A stretch of DNA of 40,321 nt from Bacteroidota bacterium (GCA_947481365.1 CANKGI010000002.1:1-40321); one strand, 5' to 3'. Positions 18,444 through 28,224 are shown, counted from the first letter of the stretch. Numbers and translations: made by a program. The notes: generated from the letters alone by a model not told the origin.

Positions 18444-19079
18444 ATGGAATTAGCAGTAGTAAATACAAGCGGATCAGCAACAGGTAAAAAAGTGACTTTG
18501 AGCGATTCTATTTATGGAATCGAACCAAACGATCATGCAATTTATCTTGATGTGAAGCAATATCTGGCTAACCAACGCCAGGGAACTCATAGTTCACTTG
18601 AAAAAAGTACAGTGAGCGGTTCAACAAAAAAACTCCATCGCCAAAAAGGTACAGGAGGTTCACGTAAAGGAAGTGTCAAATCTGGTACATTCGTTGGTGG
18701 AGCTCGTATCTTCGGACCACATCCACGCGATTACAGTTTTAAGTTAAATAAAAAACTTAAACAACTTGCTCGTAAATCGGCATTGGCATACAAAGCAAAA
18801 GATAACAGTATTACTGTTCTCGAAAACTTTAACATGGACGAGCCTAAAACTAAAAACTACATTAATATCTTAAACAACCTTAAGTTTAGTACTGAAAAAA
18901 CACTTTTGGTTTTGGGAGATTATAATGAAAGTATCTATAGATCGAGTAGAAACCTTGGAAAAGCACAAGTAATGTCGGCAAAAGACTTAAATACCTATGC
19001 CATATTAAATGCAGCTCAGTTGATTCTAACTGAAGGTTCAATAGAGAAAATCGAAGAAATTTTAAATTCTGAAAAATGA
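18444..19079 (+). CDS. rplD: 50S ribosomal protein L4
   Basis: ATG at 18444, directly after the rplC stop (the track used a TTG at 18432). ...KLHRQKGTGGSRKGS... Confidence 0.95.
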   Translation: MELAVVNTSGSATGKKVTLSDSIYGIEPNDHAIYLDVKQYLANQRQGTHSSLEKSTVSGSTKKLHRQKGTGGSRKGSVKSGTFVGGARIFGPHPRDYSFKLNKKLKQLARKSALAYKAKDNSITVLENFNMDEPKTKNYINILNNLKFSTEKTLLVLGDYNESIYRSSRNLGKAQVMSAKDLNTYAILNAAQLILTEGSIEKIEEILNSEK

Positions 19080-19366
19080 GCGTATTAATTAAACCATTAA
19101 TAACCGAGAAATCAACGAGCACCACTGAAAAAGCTGGTCATGTAGGTTTCATTGTAATGAAAGACGCCACCAAACCTCAGATTAAGAAAGAGGTTGAGAA
19201 AATGTATTCTGTAAGCGTTACAGGAGTTAGCACCATGATTTATGCAGGTAAAACGAAATCGCGAATGACAAAAAAAGGTCTTTTCGCGGGAAGAAAACCA
19301 GCATTCAAAAAAGCATTTGTTACATTAAAAGAAGGACAGAAGATTGACTTCTTCCAAAACGTATAA
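19076..19366 (+). CDS. rplW: 50S ribosomal protein L23
   Basis: ATGA overlap with rplD. IKPLITEKST...KKAFVTLKEG. Confidence 0.96.
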   Translation: MSVLIKPLITEKSTSTTEKAGHVGFIVMKDATKPQIKKEVEKMYSVSVTGVSTMIYAGKTKSRMTKKGLFAGRKPAFKKAFVTLKEGQKIDFFQNV

Positions 19367-19372
19367 CGAGAA

Positions 19373-20197
19373 ATGGGAATCAGGAAATTTAGACCAACTA
19401 CACCGGGCACTCGATTTAAGCTTGCCAATACTTTTGAAGAGCTTACAAAAGCTACTCCGGAGAAATCGTTACTTTTACCTAAAAAGCGTTCAGGTGGACG
19501 TAATGATACGGGTAAAATGACTATGAGATATATCGGTGGCGGACACAAGCAAATGTATCGTATCATCGATTTCAAACGTGATAAACACATTGTACCGGCA
19601 ACAGTACATTCTATCGAGTACGATCCGAATAGAACCGCACGTATTGCACTTTTGCATTATGCTGACGGAGAAAAAAGATACATCATTGCTCCTGTAGGAT
19701 TAAAAGCTGGACAAACAGTATTATCTGGAACAGGAACAGCACCTGAAATTGGAAATTGTTTACCATTAAGTGAAATTCCATTAGGTACAATTATTCATAA
19801 CATTGAAATGCAACCAGGACAAGGAGCTAAACTTGTTAGAAGCGCAGGTTCATTTGCTCAGTTACTAAATAGAGATGGAAAATATGCTACTGTAAAATTA
19901 GCATCAGGTGAAACAAGGATGATTTTAGCTAGTTGTTCAGCTACAATCGGTTCAGTTTCTAATCCAGATCACAACTTAGAACGTAAAGGAAAAGCAGGTG
20001 CTACAAGATGGAGAGGAAAAAGACCACGCACTCGTCCAGTTGCAATGAATCCTGTTGATCACCCGATGGGTGGTGGTGAAGGTCGTGCATCAGGAGGACA
20101 TCCTCGTTCACGCAAAGGATTAAAAGCTAAAGGATACAAAACACGTACACCTAAGAAATATTCGAATAGATTTATCATTGAAAAAAGTAAGAAGTAA
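19373..20197 (+). CDS. rplB: 50S ribosomal protein L2
   Basis: [12 protein letters not shown]...[13 protein letters not shown]. Confidence 0.98.
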   Translation: MGIRKFRPTTPGTRFKLANTFEELTKATPEKSLLLPKKRSGGRNDTGKMTMRYIGGGHKQMYRIIDFKRDKHIVPATVHSIEYDPNRTARIALLHYADGEKRYIIAPVGLKAGQTVLSGTGTAPEIGNCLPLSEIPLGTIIHNIEMQPGQGAKLVRSAGSFAQLLNRDGKYATVKLASGETRMILASCSATIGSVSNPDHNLERKGKAGATRWRGKRPRTRPVAMNPVDHPMGGGEGRASGGHPRSRKGLKAKGYKTRTPKKYSNRFIIEKSKK

Positions 20198-20206
20198 TAA
20201 ATAGAT

Positions 20207-20476
20207 ATGGCTCGTTCGCTAAAAAAAGGACCTTTTGTTGATGTTAAACTTGATAAAAAGGTTAGCATATTAAACGAAACCAAAAAGAAATCGGTTATTA
20301 AAACTTGGTCACGCAGATCAATGATAACACCAGATTTTGTTGGTCATACTTTCGGAGTTCACAACGGAAATAAATTTATTCCGGTTTATGTTACCGAAAA
20401 TATGGTAGGACACAAGTTGGGAGAATTTGCTCCAACTCGTACATTCAGAACTCACCCAATTAAAAAAGAAGCATAA
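20207..20476 (+). CDS. rpsS: 30S ribosomal protein S19
   Basis: [12 protein letters not shown]...[27 protein letters not shown]. Confidence 0.98.
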   Translation: MARSLKKGPFVDVKLDKKVSILNETKKKSVIKTWSRRSMITPDFVGHTFGVHNGNKFIPVYVTENMVGHKLGEFAPTRTFRTHPIKKEA

Positions 20477-20868
20477 TGGAAGCAGTAGCGAAATTAAATA
20501 ATTGCCCTACATCTCCTCGAAAGATGCGTCTGGTTGTTGATTTAATCAGAGGGAAAAAAGTAGAAGAAGCTTTAAATATTCTTCGATTCAACCGTCAAAA
20601 AGAAAGCTCTCCAAGAGTTGAAAAATTACTCTTATCGGCAATAGCCAATTGGGGACAAAAGAACGAAGGTGCCAGAATTGAAGAAAGTGATTTATACGTT
20701 AAAAGTATTCAGGTTGGTGGTGGACCAATGTTGAAAAGAGTTTTACCAGCACCACAAGGAAGAGCGCATCGTATCAGAAAACGTTCTAATCACGTAACCT
20801 TAGTGGTTGATAGCAAAATTCAATCAACAGTTGCAACAGAAAATTCAGTAAAAGAAATAAAAGAATAA
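20476..20868 (+). CDS. rplV: 50S ribosomal protein L22
   Basis: TAATG overlap with rps[22 protein letters not shown]. Confidence 0.96.
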   Translation: MEAVAKLNNCPTSPRKMRLVVDLIRGKKVEEALNILRFNRQKESSPRVEKLLLSAIANWGQKNEGARIEESDLYVKSIQVGGGPMLKRVLPAPQGRAHRIRKRSNHVTLVVDSKIQSTVATENSVKEIKE

Positions 20869-20872
20869 TATA

Positions 20873-21667
20873 ATGGGACAAAAAGTAAACCCGATTTCGT
20901 TACGCTTAGGAATTATCAGAGGATGGGAATCTAACTGGTATGGCGGAAAGAATTTTTCTGAAAAACTTATCGAAGATGAGAAAATCAGAAAATACCTCAA
21001 TGCACGTATTTCAAAGGGTGGTATCGCAAGAATTATTATTGAAAGAACGATAAAACGTATTATTATCACTATCCACACCTCTCGTCCCGGAATCGTAATC
21101 GGTAAAGCAGGTTCAGAAGTTGATAAAATAAAAGAAGAGATAAAAAAACTGACAAAGAAGGATGTACAAATCAACATTTTCGAGATTAAACGTCCTGAAC
21201 TTGATGCACAACTTGTTGGACAGAATATAGCTGGACAAATTGAAGCACGTGTTTCTTATAAAAGAGCACTAAAAACTTCGATAGCCTCAACGATGAGAAT
21301 GGGTGCTGAAGGAATTAAAATAATGATATCAGGTCGTTTGGGTGGAGCGGAAATGGCTCGTTCAGAATCATACAAAGAAGGAAGAACACCATTACATACA
21401 CTTCGTGCTGATATTGATTTCGCAATTGTTGAAGCTTTAACAGTATACGGTAAAATAGGTATCAAAGTATGGATATGTAAAGGTGAGATTTACGGTAAAC
21501 GTGACCTATCTCCTAACGTTGGAAATTCTTCAACAGAAAAAACAGGCCCACAAAGACCTGGTGAAAACCGCTCAGATAGAGGTGATAGAAGACCATCAAG
21601 AGGTGGTGACAGAAAAGGTGGACCGAATGCTGGAGCAGGCGACAGAAAACCAAGATTTAAGAAATAA
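20873..21667 (+). CDS. rpsC: 30S ribosomal protein S3, with a G/D/R-rich C-terminal tail
   Basis: [13 protein letters not shown]...[12 protein letters not shown]. Tail from about aa 217: ...[32 protein letters not shown]. Confidence 0.97.
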   Translation: MGQKVNPISLRLGIIRGWESNWYGGKNFSEKLIEDEKIRKYLNARISKGGIARIIIERTIKRIIITIHTSRPGIVIGKAGSEVDKIKEEIKKLTKKDVQINIFEIKRPELDAQLVGQNIAGQIEARVSYKRALKTSIASTMRMGAEGIKIMISGRLGGAEMARSESYKEGRTPLHTLRADIDFAIVEALTVYGKIGIKVWICKGEIYGKRDLSPNVGNSSTEKTGPQRPGENRSDRGDRRPSRGGDRKGGPNAGAGDRKPRFKK

Positions 21668-21692
21668 TTAACTAAATAATATCCTGTAAGAT

Positions 21693-22112
21693 ATGTTACA
21701 GCCGAAGAGAACCAAGTACAGAAAAATGCAGAAAGGGCGTGTTAAAGGTAACGCTACTAGAGGTGCCAATATAGCTTTTGGCTCGTTTGGGCTAAAATCA
21801 GTAGAAGAGAGTTTTCTCTCGTCTAAACAATTGGAAGCTGCACGTGTTGCCTTAAATCGTCACATGAAACGTGAAGGTCAAGTATGGATTCGCGTATTCC
21901 CTGACAAACCGATGACAAAGAAACCTGCTGAGGTTCGTATGGGTAAAGGAAAAGGAGCTCCAGAATATTGGGTTGCTGTTTGTAAACCCGGTACAATTAT
22001 TTTTGAAGCAGAAGGCGTTCCACTTAGTGTGGCTCGTCAGGCAATGAGACTTGCTGCTCAAAAATTGCCAGTTGTTACACGTTTTGTTGTTAAACCTGAT
22101 TACACCGAATAA
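21693..22112 (+). CDS. rplP: 50S ribosomal protein L16
   Basis: [16 protein letters not shown]...[14 protein letters not shown]. Confidence 0.98.
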   Translation: MLQPKRTKYRKMQKGRVKGNATRGANIAFGSFGLKSVEESFLSSKQLEAARVALNRHMKREGQVWIRVFPDKPMTKKPAEVRMGKGKGAPEYWVAVCKPGTIIFEAEGVPLSVARQAMRLAAQKLPVVTRFVVKPDYTE

Positions 22113-22113
22113 A

Positions 22114-22314
22114 ATGAAAAATACAGAGATCAGAGAATTATCAGATAAAGAACTTAATGTTCGTATAAAAGATGAACGTGCAATGTTTACCAAACTAAAA
22201 TTTGGACATGCAGTATCACCTGTTGAAAATCCGAACAAAATAAAAAGCACCAAAAAACTGGTAGCCCGTTTACTTACTGAAAAGAAAAGAAGGACACTTT
22301 CAAACGTTCAATAA
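22114..22314 (+). CDS. rpmC: 50S ribosomal protein L29
   Basis: ATG at 22114, 1 nt after the rplP stop (the track ORF began at a TTG inside rplP). [30 protein letters not shown]. Confidence 0.93.
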   Translation: MKNTEIRELSDKELNVRIKDERAMFTKLKFGHAVSPVENPNKIKSTKKLVARLLTEKKRRTLSNVQ

Positions 22315-22321
22315 AAATAAG

Positions 22322-22591
22322 ATGGAAGCAGTTACAACAGAAAGAAACTCAAGAAAAGTCATTATCGGAAAGGTAGTGAGCAGTAAGATGCAAAAAACAA
22401 TCGTGGTATCGGTTGAACGTAAAGTGATGCATCCGAAATACGGAAAATTCATTAAAATGACTTCAAAGTTTAAGGCACATGATGAAAAAAACGAGTGTGC
22501 AGTAAATGATATCGTAAAACTCATGGAAACTCGCCCAATGAGCAAAGATAAAAGATGGAGATTAGTTGAAATTATTGAAAAAGCTAAATAA
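22322..22591 (+). CDS. rpsQ: 30S ribosomal protein S17
   Basis: ...[28 protein letters not shown]... Confidence 0.96.
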   Translation: MEAVTTERNSRKVIIGKVVSSKMQKTIVVSVERKVMHPKYGKFIKMTSKFKAHDEKNECAVNDIVKLMETRPMSKDKRWRLVEIIEKAK

Positions 22592-22593
22592 CA

Positions 22594-22962
22594 ATGATAC
22601 AACAAGAAAGTAGACTTAAAGTAGCTGATAACAGCGGTGCAAAAGTAGTATTGTGCATACGTGTGCTTGGAGGTACAGCCAGACGATATGCATCGGTTGG
22701 TGATAAAATCGTAGTTTCAGTAAAATCAGCAATCCCTGCTGGAGGTATTAAAAAAGGCGCTGTTTCAAAAGCAGTCGTTGTTCGTACCAAGAAAGAAATC
22801 AGAAGAGCTGATGGCTCATACATTCGCTTTGATGATAACTCATGTGTATTGTTAAATGCACAGGATGAACCAAGAGCCACTCGTATTTTTGGCCCTGTAG
22901 CTCGCGAATTAAGGGAAAAACAATTTATGAAAATTGTATCACTAGCACCAGAAGTATTATAA
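22594..22962 (+). CDS. rplN: 50S ribosomal protein L14
   Basis: [17 protein letters not shown]... Confidence 0.98.
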   Translation: MIQQESRLKVADNSGAKVVLCIRVLGGTARRYASVGDKIVVSVKSAIPAGGIKKGAVSKAVVVRTKKEIRRADGSYIRFDDNSCVLLNAQDEPRATRIFGPVARELREKQFMKIVSLAPEVL

Positions 22963-22966
22963 TAAC

Positions 22967-23305
22967 ATGGAAAGAAAGTACAACAAACAAGCAAAACTGC
23001 ATATCAAAAAAGGTGATATGGTTCAGGTTATTGCTGGAGATGATAAAGGTAAAAAAGGCAGAATCATTGAAGTAATAAGAGAAACTAAACGTGCATTGGT
23101 TGAAGGAATCAATATCGTTAGTCGCCATACAAAACCAAATGCAAAAAATCAAAACGGAGGCATTATTAAAAAAGAAGCCCCTGTTCATATATCAAATCTT
23201 ATGTTACTTGATAAAGCAGGTAACCCTACCCGTATTGGTCGTAAAACGAATGATGCAGGTAAACTTGTTCGATTTGCTAAAAAATCAGGTGAATTAATTG
23301 ACTAA
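22967..23305 (+). CDS. rplX: 50S ribosomal protein L24
   Basis: KOW motif: [19 protein letters not shown]. Confidence 0.96.
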   Translation: MERKYNKQAKLHIKKGDMVQVIAGDDKGKKGRIIEVIRETKRALVEGINIVSRHTKPNAKNQNGGIIKKEAPVHISNLMLLDKAGNPTRIGRKTNDAGKLVRFAKKSGELID

Positions 23306-23309
23306 GAAT

Positions 23310-23861
23310 ATGTATACCCCAAGATTAAAGGAACATTATACAAATGCAGTGATACCTGCAATGAAGGAAAAATTTCAGTACGAAAACGTAATGGAAATTC
23401 CTAAATTATTAAAAATCTGTCTGAATCAAGGCGTTGGAGCAGCAGTAGCTGACAAAAAAATTGCTGACGTTGCGGTTGAAGAAATGTCAATCATTGCTGG
23501 TCAGAAGGCTGTTAAAACAATGTCTAAAAAAGATATTTCGAACTTTAAATTAAGACAACATTTACCAATCGGTGCTAGGGTTACTCTTCGCAACGAGAGA
23601 ATGTTCGAATTTTTAGATCGTTTAGTATCAATATCATTACCTCGTGTTCGCGACTTTGCAGGATTAAATGAAAAAGGATTTGATGGCAGAGGAAACTATA
23701 CGATGGGAATTACCGAACAAATTATTTTCCCGGAAATAAATATTGATAAAGTAAGCAGAATTAATGGTATGGATATCACATTTGTTACCTCTGCTACAAC
23801 AGATGAAGAGTGTTTAACTCTTTTGAAAGAATTTGGATTACCTTTTAAAAACCAGAAATAA
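23310..23861 (+). CDS. rplE: 50S ribosomal protein L5
   Basis: ATG at 23310, after the rplX stop (the track TTG at 23298 overlaps rplX). [10 protein letters not shown]...[18 protein letters not shown]. Confidence 0.95.
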   Translation: MYTPRLKEHYTNAVIPAMKEKFQYENVMEIPKLLKICLNQGVGAAVADKKIADVAVEEMSIIAGQKAVKTMSKKDISNFKLRQHLPIGARVTLRNERMFEFLDRLVSISLPRVRDFAGLNEKGFDGRGNYTMGITEQIIFPEINIDKVSRINGMDITFVTSATTDEECLTLLKEFGLPFKNQK

Positions 23862-24130
23862 TGGCTAAAGAATCAGTAAAAGCACGCCAATTAAAAAGAG
23901 AAAAACTTGTTGCTCGTTATGCAGCCAAAAGAACTGCACTAAAAGCTGCAGGTGATTACGATGCCTTGCAAAAACTTCCTCGTAATGCCTCCCCTGTTCG
24001 TTTAAAAAACCGTTGTAAACTAACAGGTCGTCCTAAAGGATACATGAGGGATTTCGGAATTTGCAGAAACCAGTTTAGAGACTTGGCTTCAATGGGTAAA
24101 ATACCCGGAGTAACCAAAGCAAGTTGGTAG
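23861..24130 (+). CDS. rpsN: 30S ribosomal protein S14 (long, Cys-poor form)
   Basis: TAATG overlap with rpl[18 protein letters not shown]...[12 protein letters not shown]...KASW. Confidence 0.97.
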   Translation: MAKESVKARQLKREKLVARYAAKRTALKAAGDYDALQKLPRNASPVRLKNRCKLTGRPKGYMRDFGICRNQFRDLASMGKIPGVTKASW

Positions 24131-24168
24131 TTGTAAAGAAATAAATTGCATAGGGACTTGAATATTCA

Positions 24169-24182
24169 TATATTCGCAGCCC
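24169..24182 (+). promoter_or_regulatory. internal promoter-like module TATATTCG-CAGCCC upstream of rpsH
   Basis: Lies in the 128-nt rpsN-rpsH gap. ATTG sits 20 nt upstream. Shares GCAGCCCTTAAA with the rpsL promoter. Confidence 0.45.
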
Positions 24183-24258
24183 TTAAATTTTTAATATTAA
24201 CAAACTTAGTCGGAAAGAGTGCCCTTGGCTAACTACCGGCAAGCAAAAAATAAAAGTA

Positions 24259-24657
24259 ATGACAGATCCAATATCAGATTATTTGACCCGTCTACGTAAT
24301 GCGATCAAGGCAAACCATCGTATCGTAGAAATTCCATCTTCTAAACTGAAGAGAGAAATCACACGTGTGCTTTTTGAAAAAGGCTATATTTTGAATTATA
24401 AATTTGAAGATGTAGTCAACCATCAAGGAACTATCAAAATAGCATTAAAGTATCATCCTGTAACTAAATCCCCTGCTATTAAAAAACTTGATCGCATCAG
24501 TACACCCGGACTCAGAAAATATACAGGTGTATCTGAAATGCCAAGAGTTATCAATGGATTAGGCATTGCAGTATTAACAACCTCAAAAGGTATTATGACT
24601 GATAAAGAGGCTCGCAAACATAACGTTGGCGGTGAAGTATTGTGTTACATTTATTAA
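24259..24657 (+). CDS. rpsH: 30S ribosomal protein S8
   Basis: MTDPISDYLTRLRNA...GGEVLCYIY. Confidence 0.98.
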   Translation: MTDPISDYLTRLRNAIKANHRIVEIPSSKLKREITRVLFEKGYILNYKFEDVVNHQGTIKIALKYHPVTKSPAIKKLDRISTPGLRKYTGVSEMPRVINGLGIAVLTTSKGIMTDKEARKHNVGGEVLCYIY

Positions 24658-24659
24658 TA

Positions 24660-24666
24660 GAGGAGG
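24660..24666 (+). promoter_or_regulatory. Shine-Dalgarno-like GAGGAGG, 7 nt upstream of the rplF ATG
   Basis: Read directly. I found no comparable SD at any other start in the cluster. Confidence 0.5.
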
Positions 24667-24673
24667 AAACGTA

Positions 24674-25228
24674 ATGTCACGAATAGGAAAAGCACCCATA
24701 AAATTACCTTCAGGAGTAGAAGTTAAAATCTCACCTAGTAATTTGGTTTCTATCAAAGGGCCAAAAGGAGAATTACATCAAGAAGTTGATAAAGATATTT
24801 CAATTGCCGTTCAAGATGGTATAGTTGAATTAACTAGACCAACTGATCAAAAGAGACACAAAGCAATGCATGGCTTATACCGTGCCTTACTTAATAATAT
24901 GGTTGAAGGAGTTACCAATGGATACAAAGTTCGTCAAGAGCTAGTAGGTGTTGGTTATAAAGCAAGTAATGAAGGAAATATCCTTGATTTAACTTTAGGA
25001 TTCTCTCATCATATTTATTTTGAAATCCCTAAAGAACTAAAAGTAAAAACAGAACAAGATAAAGGTAAAAATCCTATCATTACTTTAGAAGGATGCGATA
25101 AACAGCTTATCGGACAAGTAGCTGCTAAATTACGTAGTCTTCGCAAACCTGAACCATACAAAGGTAAAGGTATCAAATTTGTGGGTGAAGCACTTAGAAG
25201 AAAAGCTGGTAAAACTGCATCTAAATAA
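24674..25228 (+). CDS. rplF: 50S ribosomal protein L6
   Basis: ATG at 24674 (the track TTG at 24626 lies inside rpsH). MSRIGKAPIKLPSGVEV... Confidence 0.96.
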   Translation: MSRIGKAPIKLPSGVEVKISPSNLVSIKGPKGELHQEVDKDISIAVQDGIVELTRPTDQKRHKAMHGLYRALLNNMVEGVTNGYKVRQELVGVGYKASNEGNILDLTLGFSHHIYFEIPKELKVKTEQDKGKNPIITLEGCDKQLIGQVAAKLRSLRKPEPYKGKGIKFVGEALRRKAGKTASK

Positions 25229-25237
25229 TTTTGAATT

Positions 25238-25588
25238 ATGTTGGCTAAAAAATCTGAAAGAAGAAATAAAATCAAAGCTCGTGTTCGCGCAAGAATTTTT
25301 GGAACACCTGATAAACCGAGATTATCGGTTTATAGAAGCAATAAACAAATTTATGCTCAGTTGATTGATGACACTAATAGCAAAACAATAGTTTCTGCAT
25401 CGTCAGCAACTAAAGCTGAAGCTAAAATTAACAAAACAGAACAAGCCGAACTTGTTGGTAAAGCAATTGCTGAGAAAGCTGTACAAGCCGGTATCACAAC
25501 TGTAATATTTGATCGTAACGGATATCTCTATCATGGCAGAGTTAAAAAACTGGCAGAAGGAGCAAGAGAAGGAGGATTGAAGTTTTAA
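25238..25588 (+). CDS. rplR: 50S ribosomal protein L18
   Basis: ...[19 protein letters not shown]...[22 protein letters not shown]. Confidence 0.97.
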   Translation: MLAKKSERRNKIKARVRARIFGTPDKPRLSVYRSNKQIYAQLIDDTNSKTIVSASSATKAEAKINKTEQAELVGKAIAEKAVQAGITTVIFDRNGYLYHGRVKKLAEGAREGGLKF

Positions 25589-25590
25589 TT

Positions 25591-25628
25591 TGTTTATGAT
25601 TTAACATGTAAATGTTAGATCACAAACA
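25591..25628 (+). promoter_or_regulatory. 17-bp imperfect hairpin in the rplR-rpsE spacer
   Basis: tgtttatgatttaacat [gtaa] atgttagatcacaaaca, with 15 Watson-Crick pairs, 1 G-U and 1 mismatch. No U-run follows. Confidence 0.4.
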
Positions 25629-25644
25629 TCAAACTAAATAAAAT

Positions 25645-26166
25645 ATGTCGACAGCAAACGTAAAAAGAGTTAAAACAAGCGATATCGAATTAAAAGAAAA
25701 AGTTGTATCGATCAACCGCGTAGCAAAAGTTACAAAAGGAGGAAGAACTTTTAGTTTTTCAGCTTTAGTGGTTGTAGGTGACAGCAGCGGTGTTGTAGGT
25801 TACGGATTGGGTAAAGCCAATGAGGTAACTGATGCTATAACCAAAGGTATTGATGATGCTAAGAAAAATCTTGTGAAAGTTCCAGTTCTTAAAGGAACTG
25901 TGCCACATGAACAACTTGGTAAATATGGCGGAGGTAGAGTGTTTTTAAAACCAGCTGCTCATGGTACCGGTGTAATTGCAGGAGGTGCAATGCGCGCTGT
26001 ATTAGAAAGTGCTGGAATTACAGACGTTCTTGCAAAATCTAAAGGATCATCAAATCCACACAATGTTGTTAAAGCAACTATCAATGCTTTATTAAACATG
26101 CGAGATGCTTATACTATTGCAAATACTAGAAATATCAATTTAAATAAAGTTTTTAACGGAGAATAA
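25645..26166 (+). CDS. rpsE: 30S ribosomal protein S5
   Basis: ...[24 protein letters not shown]... Confidence 0.98.
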   Translation: MSTANVKRVKTSDIELKEKVVSINRVAKVTKGGRTFSFSALVVVGDSSGVVGYGLGKANEVTDAITKGIDDAKKNLVKVPVLKGTVPHEQLGKYGGGRVFLKPAAHGTGVIAGGAMRAVLESAGITDVLAKSKGSSNPHNVVKATINALLNMRDAYTIANTRNINLNKVFNGE

Positions 26167-26170
26167 TTAT

Positions 26171-26350
26171 ATGTCAAAAGTTAAGATCACATTAGTGAAG
26201 AGTACTATCGATAGAACTGAAAGTCAGAAACGAACAGTAAGAGCTTTAGGTATTACTAAGATGCATCAGGTAAAAGAGCATGAAGGAACACCCCAGATTT
26301 TGGGCATGATAAAAAAAGTATCCCACTTATTAAAAGTTGAAAACGCTTAA
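26171..26350 (+). CDS. rpmD: 50S ribosomal protein L30 (absent from the ORF track)
   Basis: Hand translation gives MSKVKITLVKSTIDRTESQKRTVRALGITKMHQVKEHEGTPQILGMIKKVSHLLKVENA (59 aa). Position between rpsE and rplO is correct. Confidence 0.92.
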   Translation: MSKVKITLVKSTIDRTESQKRTVRALGITKMHQVKEHEGTPQILGMIKKVSHLLKVENA

Positions 26351-26354
26351 TCAG

Positions 26355-26804
26355 ATGAAATTACATACATTAAAACCCGCAGCAGGTTCTATAAAAAGAG
26401 AAGGAAAACGAGTTGGAAGAGGTGAAGGTTCAGGTAAAGGTGGTACAGCTGCCAGAGGAAATAAAGGTGGACAATCTCGTTCAGGACATAAAACCAAAAG
26501 AGGTTTTGAGGGTGGACAGATGCCATTATATAGACGTTTACCTAAATTCGGATTTACAAACATCAATCGTGTTGAATATACTCCTATAAATTTAGATAGA
26601 ATTCAAACACTAATCGATTCTAAAGGATTTAAATCAATAGACATTGAAATTATTGTAAATAACGGATTAGCTTCTAAAAAAGATCTTATTAAAGTACTTG
26701 GCAGAGGCGAAATTAAATCAGCAGTTGAAATTAAAGCACATGCATTTTCAGCATCAGCTATAAAAGCTATTGAGGCAGTTGGTGGAACAGCCGTAAAAAT
26801 ATAA
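26355..26804 (+). CDS. rplO: 50S ribosomal protein L15
   Basis: ATG at 26355, after the rpmD stop (the track TTG at 26337 overlaps rpmD). MKLHTLKPAAGS...RVGRGEGSGKGGTAARGNKG. Confidence 0.96.
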   Translation: MKLHTLKPAAGSIKREGKRVGRGEGSGKGGTAARGNKGGQSRSGHKTKRGFEGGQMPLYRRLPKFGFTNINRVEYTPINLDRIQTLIDSKGFKSIDIEIIVNNGLASKKDLIKVLGRGEIKSAVEIKAHAFSASAIKAIEAVGGTAVKI

Positions 26805-26807
26805 GGC

Positions 26808-28166
26808 ATGAAGAAAATTATTGAGACAATAAAGAATATTTACCGCATCGAAGACCTCAGGTATAAACTTGTGGTTACTTTTTGGATGTTGTTTATATAT
26901 CGTTTTGGTACATACGTAACACTTCCAGGTGTTGATCCTAATGCATTGGAAGGTTCAGCTAGACAAGCATCTGGTGGAATTTTTGGGTTAATTAATATGT
27001 TTGCAGGTGGCGCATTTGGACGTGGTTCTATTTTCGCATTGGGTATTATGCCCTATATCTCTGCTTCTATTGTAGTTCAGTTATTGACAATGGCGGTGCC
27101 TTCATTTCAGAAAATGCAAAAAGAAGGTGAAGATGGCAGAAGAAAAATCAATCAAATTACAAGATACCTTACAATAATTATCACAGCAGTACAATCAGTT
27201 GGATTTTTGATTAATCTAAAATCAGCTAATCCTGCAGCAATTATTTCAATTACCCATCCCGAAGTGATGTCGAATTTCGTATTCATGGTTATGTCGGTTA
27301 TTGTTCTTACATCAAGTACCATGTTTGTAATGTGGCTTGGAGAACGTATCACAGATAAAGGAATCGGAAATGGTATATCACTCATTATCATGATTGGAAT
27401 TATCGCACGTTTACCATTTGCTTTGAAAGAAGAGTTTAATTTTAAATTATCAGAATCAGGTGGAGGACTCGTTATTTTCCTTGTAGAGCTTGCTGCATTG
27501 TTTGCTGTAATCATGGGAGTAATTATGTTGGTTCAGGGTACACGAAAAATACCTGTACAATATGCTAAGCGCATTGTTGGAAACCGTCAATACGGAGGTG
27601 TTCGTCAGTATATCCCTTTAAAGGTTAATGCTGCAGGTGTAATGCCAATCATTTTTGCACAAGCATTAATGTTTATACCATCTACAATTGCACAGTTTTT
27701 CCCTAACTACGAATCGATGCAAGGATTTATATCAACCTTTATCAATCCAGGGTCATTAGGTTACAGTCTTACTTTTGCAATACTCATTATCGTATTCACT
27801 TACTTTTATACGGCAATTTCTGTTAACCCAACTCAAATTGCAGATGATATGAAAAGAAACGGTGGATTTATTCCAGGTGTTAAACCTGGTAAAGCTACAG
27901 CCGGTTTTATTGATAATGTAATGTCGAGAATAACATTGCCTGGTGCCATTTTCTTGGCAATCGTTGCAATTTTCCCTTCATTGGCAGGTGTTTTAAATAT
28001 TAACAGTCAGTTTGCACAATTTTACGGAGGAACATCATTGCTCATTCTTGTAGGTGTTGTGCTTGATACATTACAACAAATTGAAAGTCATCTTTTGATG
28101 CGTCACTATGATGGATTGATGAAATCGGGACGAATTAAAGGAAGAACAACACAAGGGGCAGCGTAA
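26808..28166 (+). CDS. secY: preprotein translocase subunit SecY
   Basis: 452 aa, multi-pass membrane protein. ...LGIMPYISASIVVQLL... Confidence 0.98.
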   Translation: MKKIIETIKNIYRIEDLRYKLVVTFWMLFIYRFGTYVTLPGVDPNALEGSARQASGGIFGLINMFAGGAFGRGSIFALGIMPYISASIVVQLLTMAVPSFQKMQKEGEDGRRKINQITRYLTIIITAVQSVGFLINLKSANPAAIISITHPEVMSNFVFMVMSVIVLTSSTMFVMWLGERITDKGIGNGISLIIMIGIIARLPFALKEEFNFKLSESGGGLVIFLVELAALFAVIMGVIMLVQGTRKIPVQYAKRIVGNRQYGGVRQYIPLKVNAAGVMPIIFAQALMFIPSTIAQFFPNYESMQGFISTFINPGSLGYSLTFAILIIVFTYFYTAISVNPTQIADDMKRNGGFIPGVKPGKATAGFIDNVMSRITLPGAIFLAIVAIFPSLAGVLNINSQFAQFYGGTSLLILVGVVLDTLQQIESHLLMRHYDGLMKSGRIKGRTTQGAA

Positions 28167-28195
28167 ATAAATATTGATGAATGAAAATTTACCAT

Positions 28196-28209
28196 TATTT
28201 TCGCAACCC
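28196..28209 (+). promoter_or_regulatory. internal promoter-like module TATTTTCG-CAACCC upstream of infA
   Basis: Lies in the 58-nt secY-infA gap. ATTG sits 19 nt upstream. Architecture matches the sites at 14421 and 24169. Confidence 0.4.
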
Positions 28210-28224
28210 TTCTAATAAAAAAAT

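Noticed and set aside
19240-27514. Multiple 60-136-aa minus-strand ORFs inside the ribosomal cluster (for example 19240-19590, 20845-21177, 21852-22253, 22584-22994, 27152-27514)
   Set aside because: They are antisense shadows of highly conserved + strand genes. They have low-complexity composition and no independent signals.
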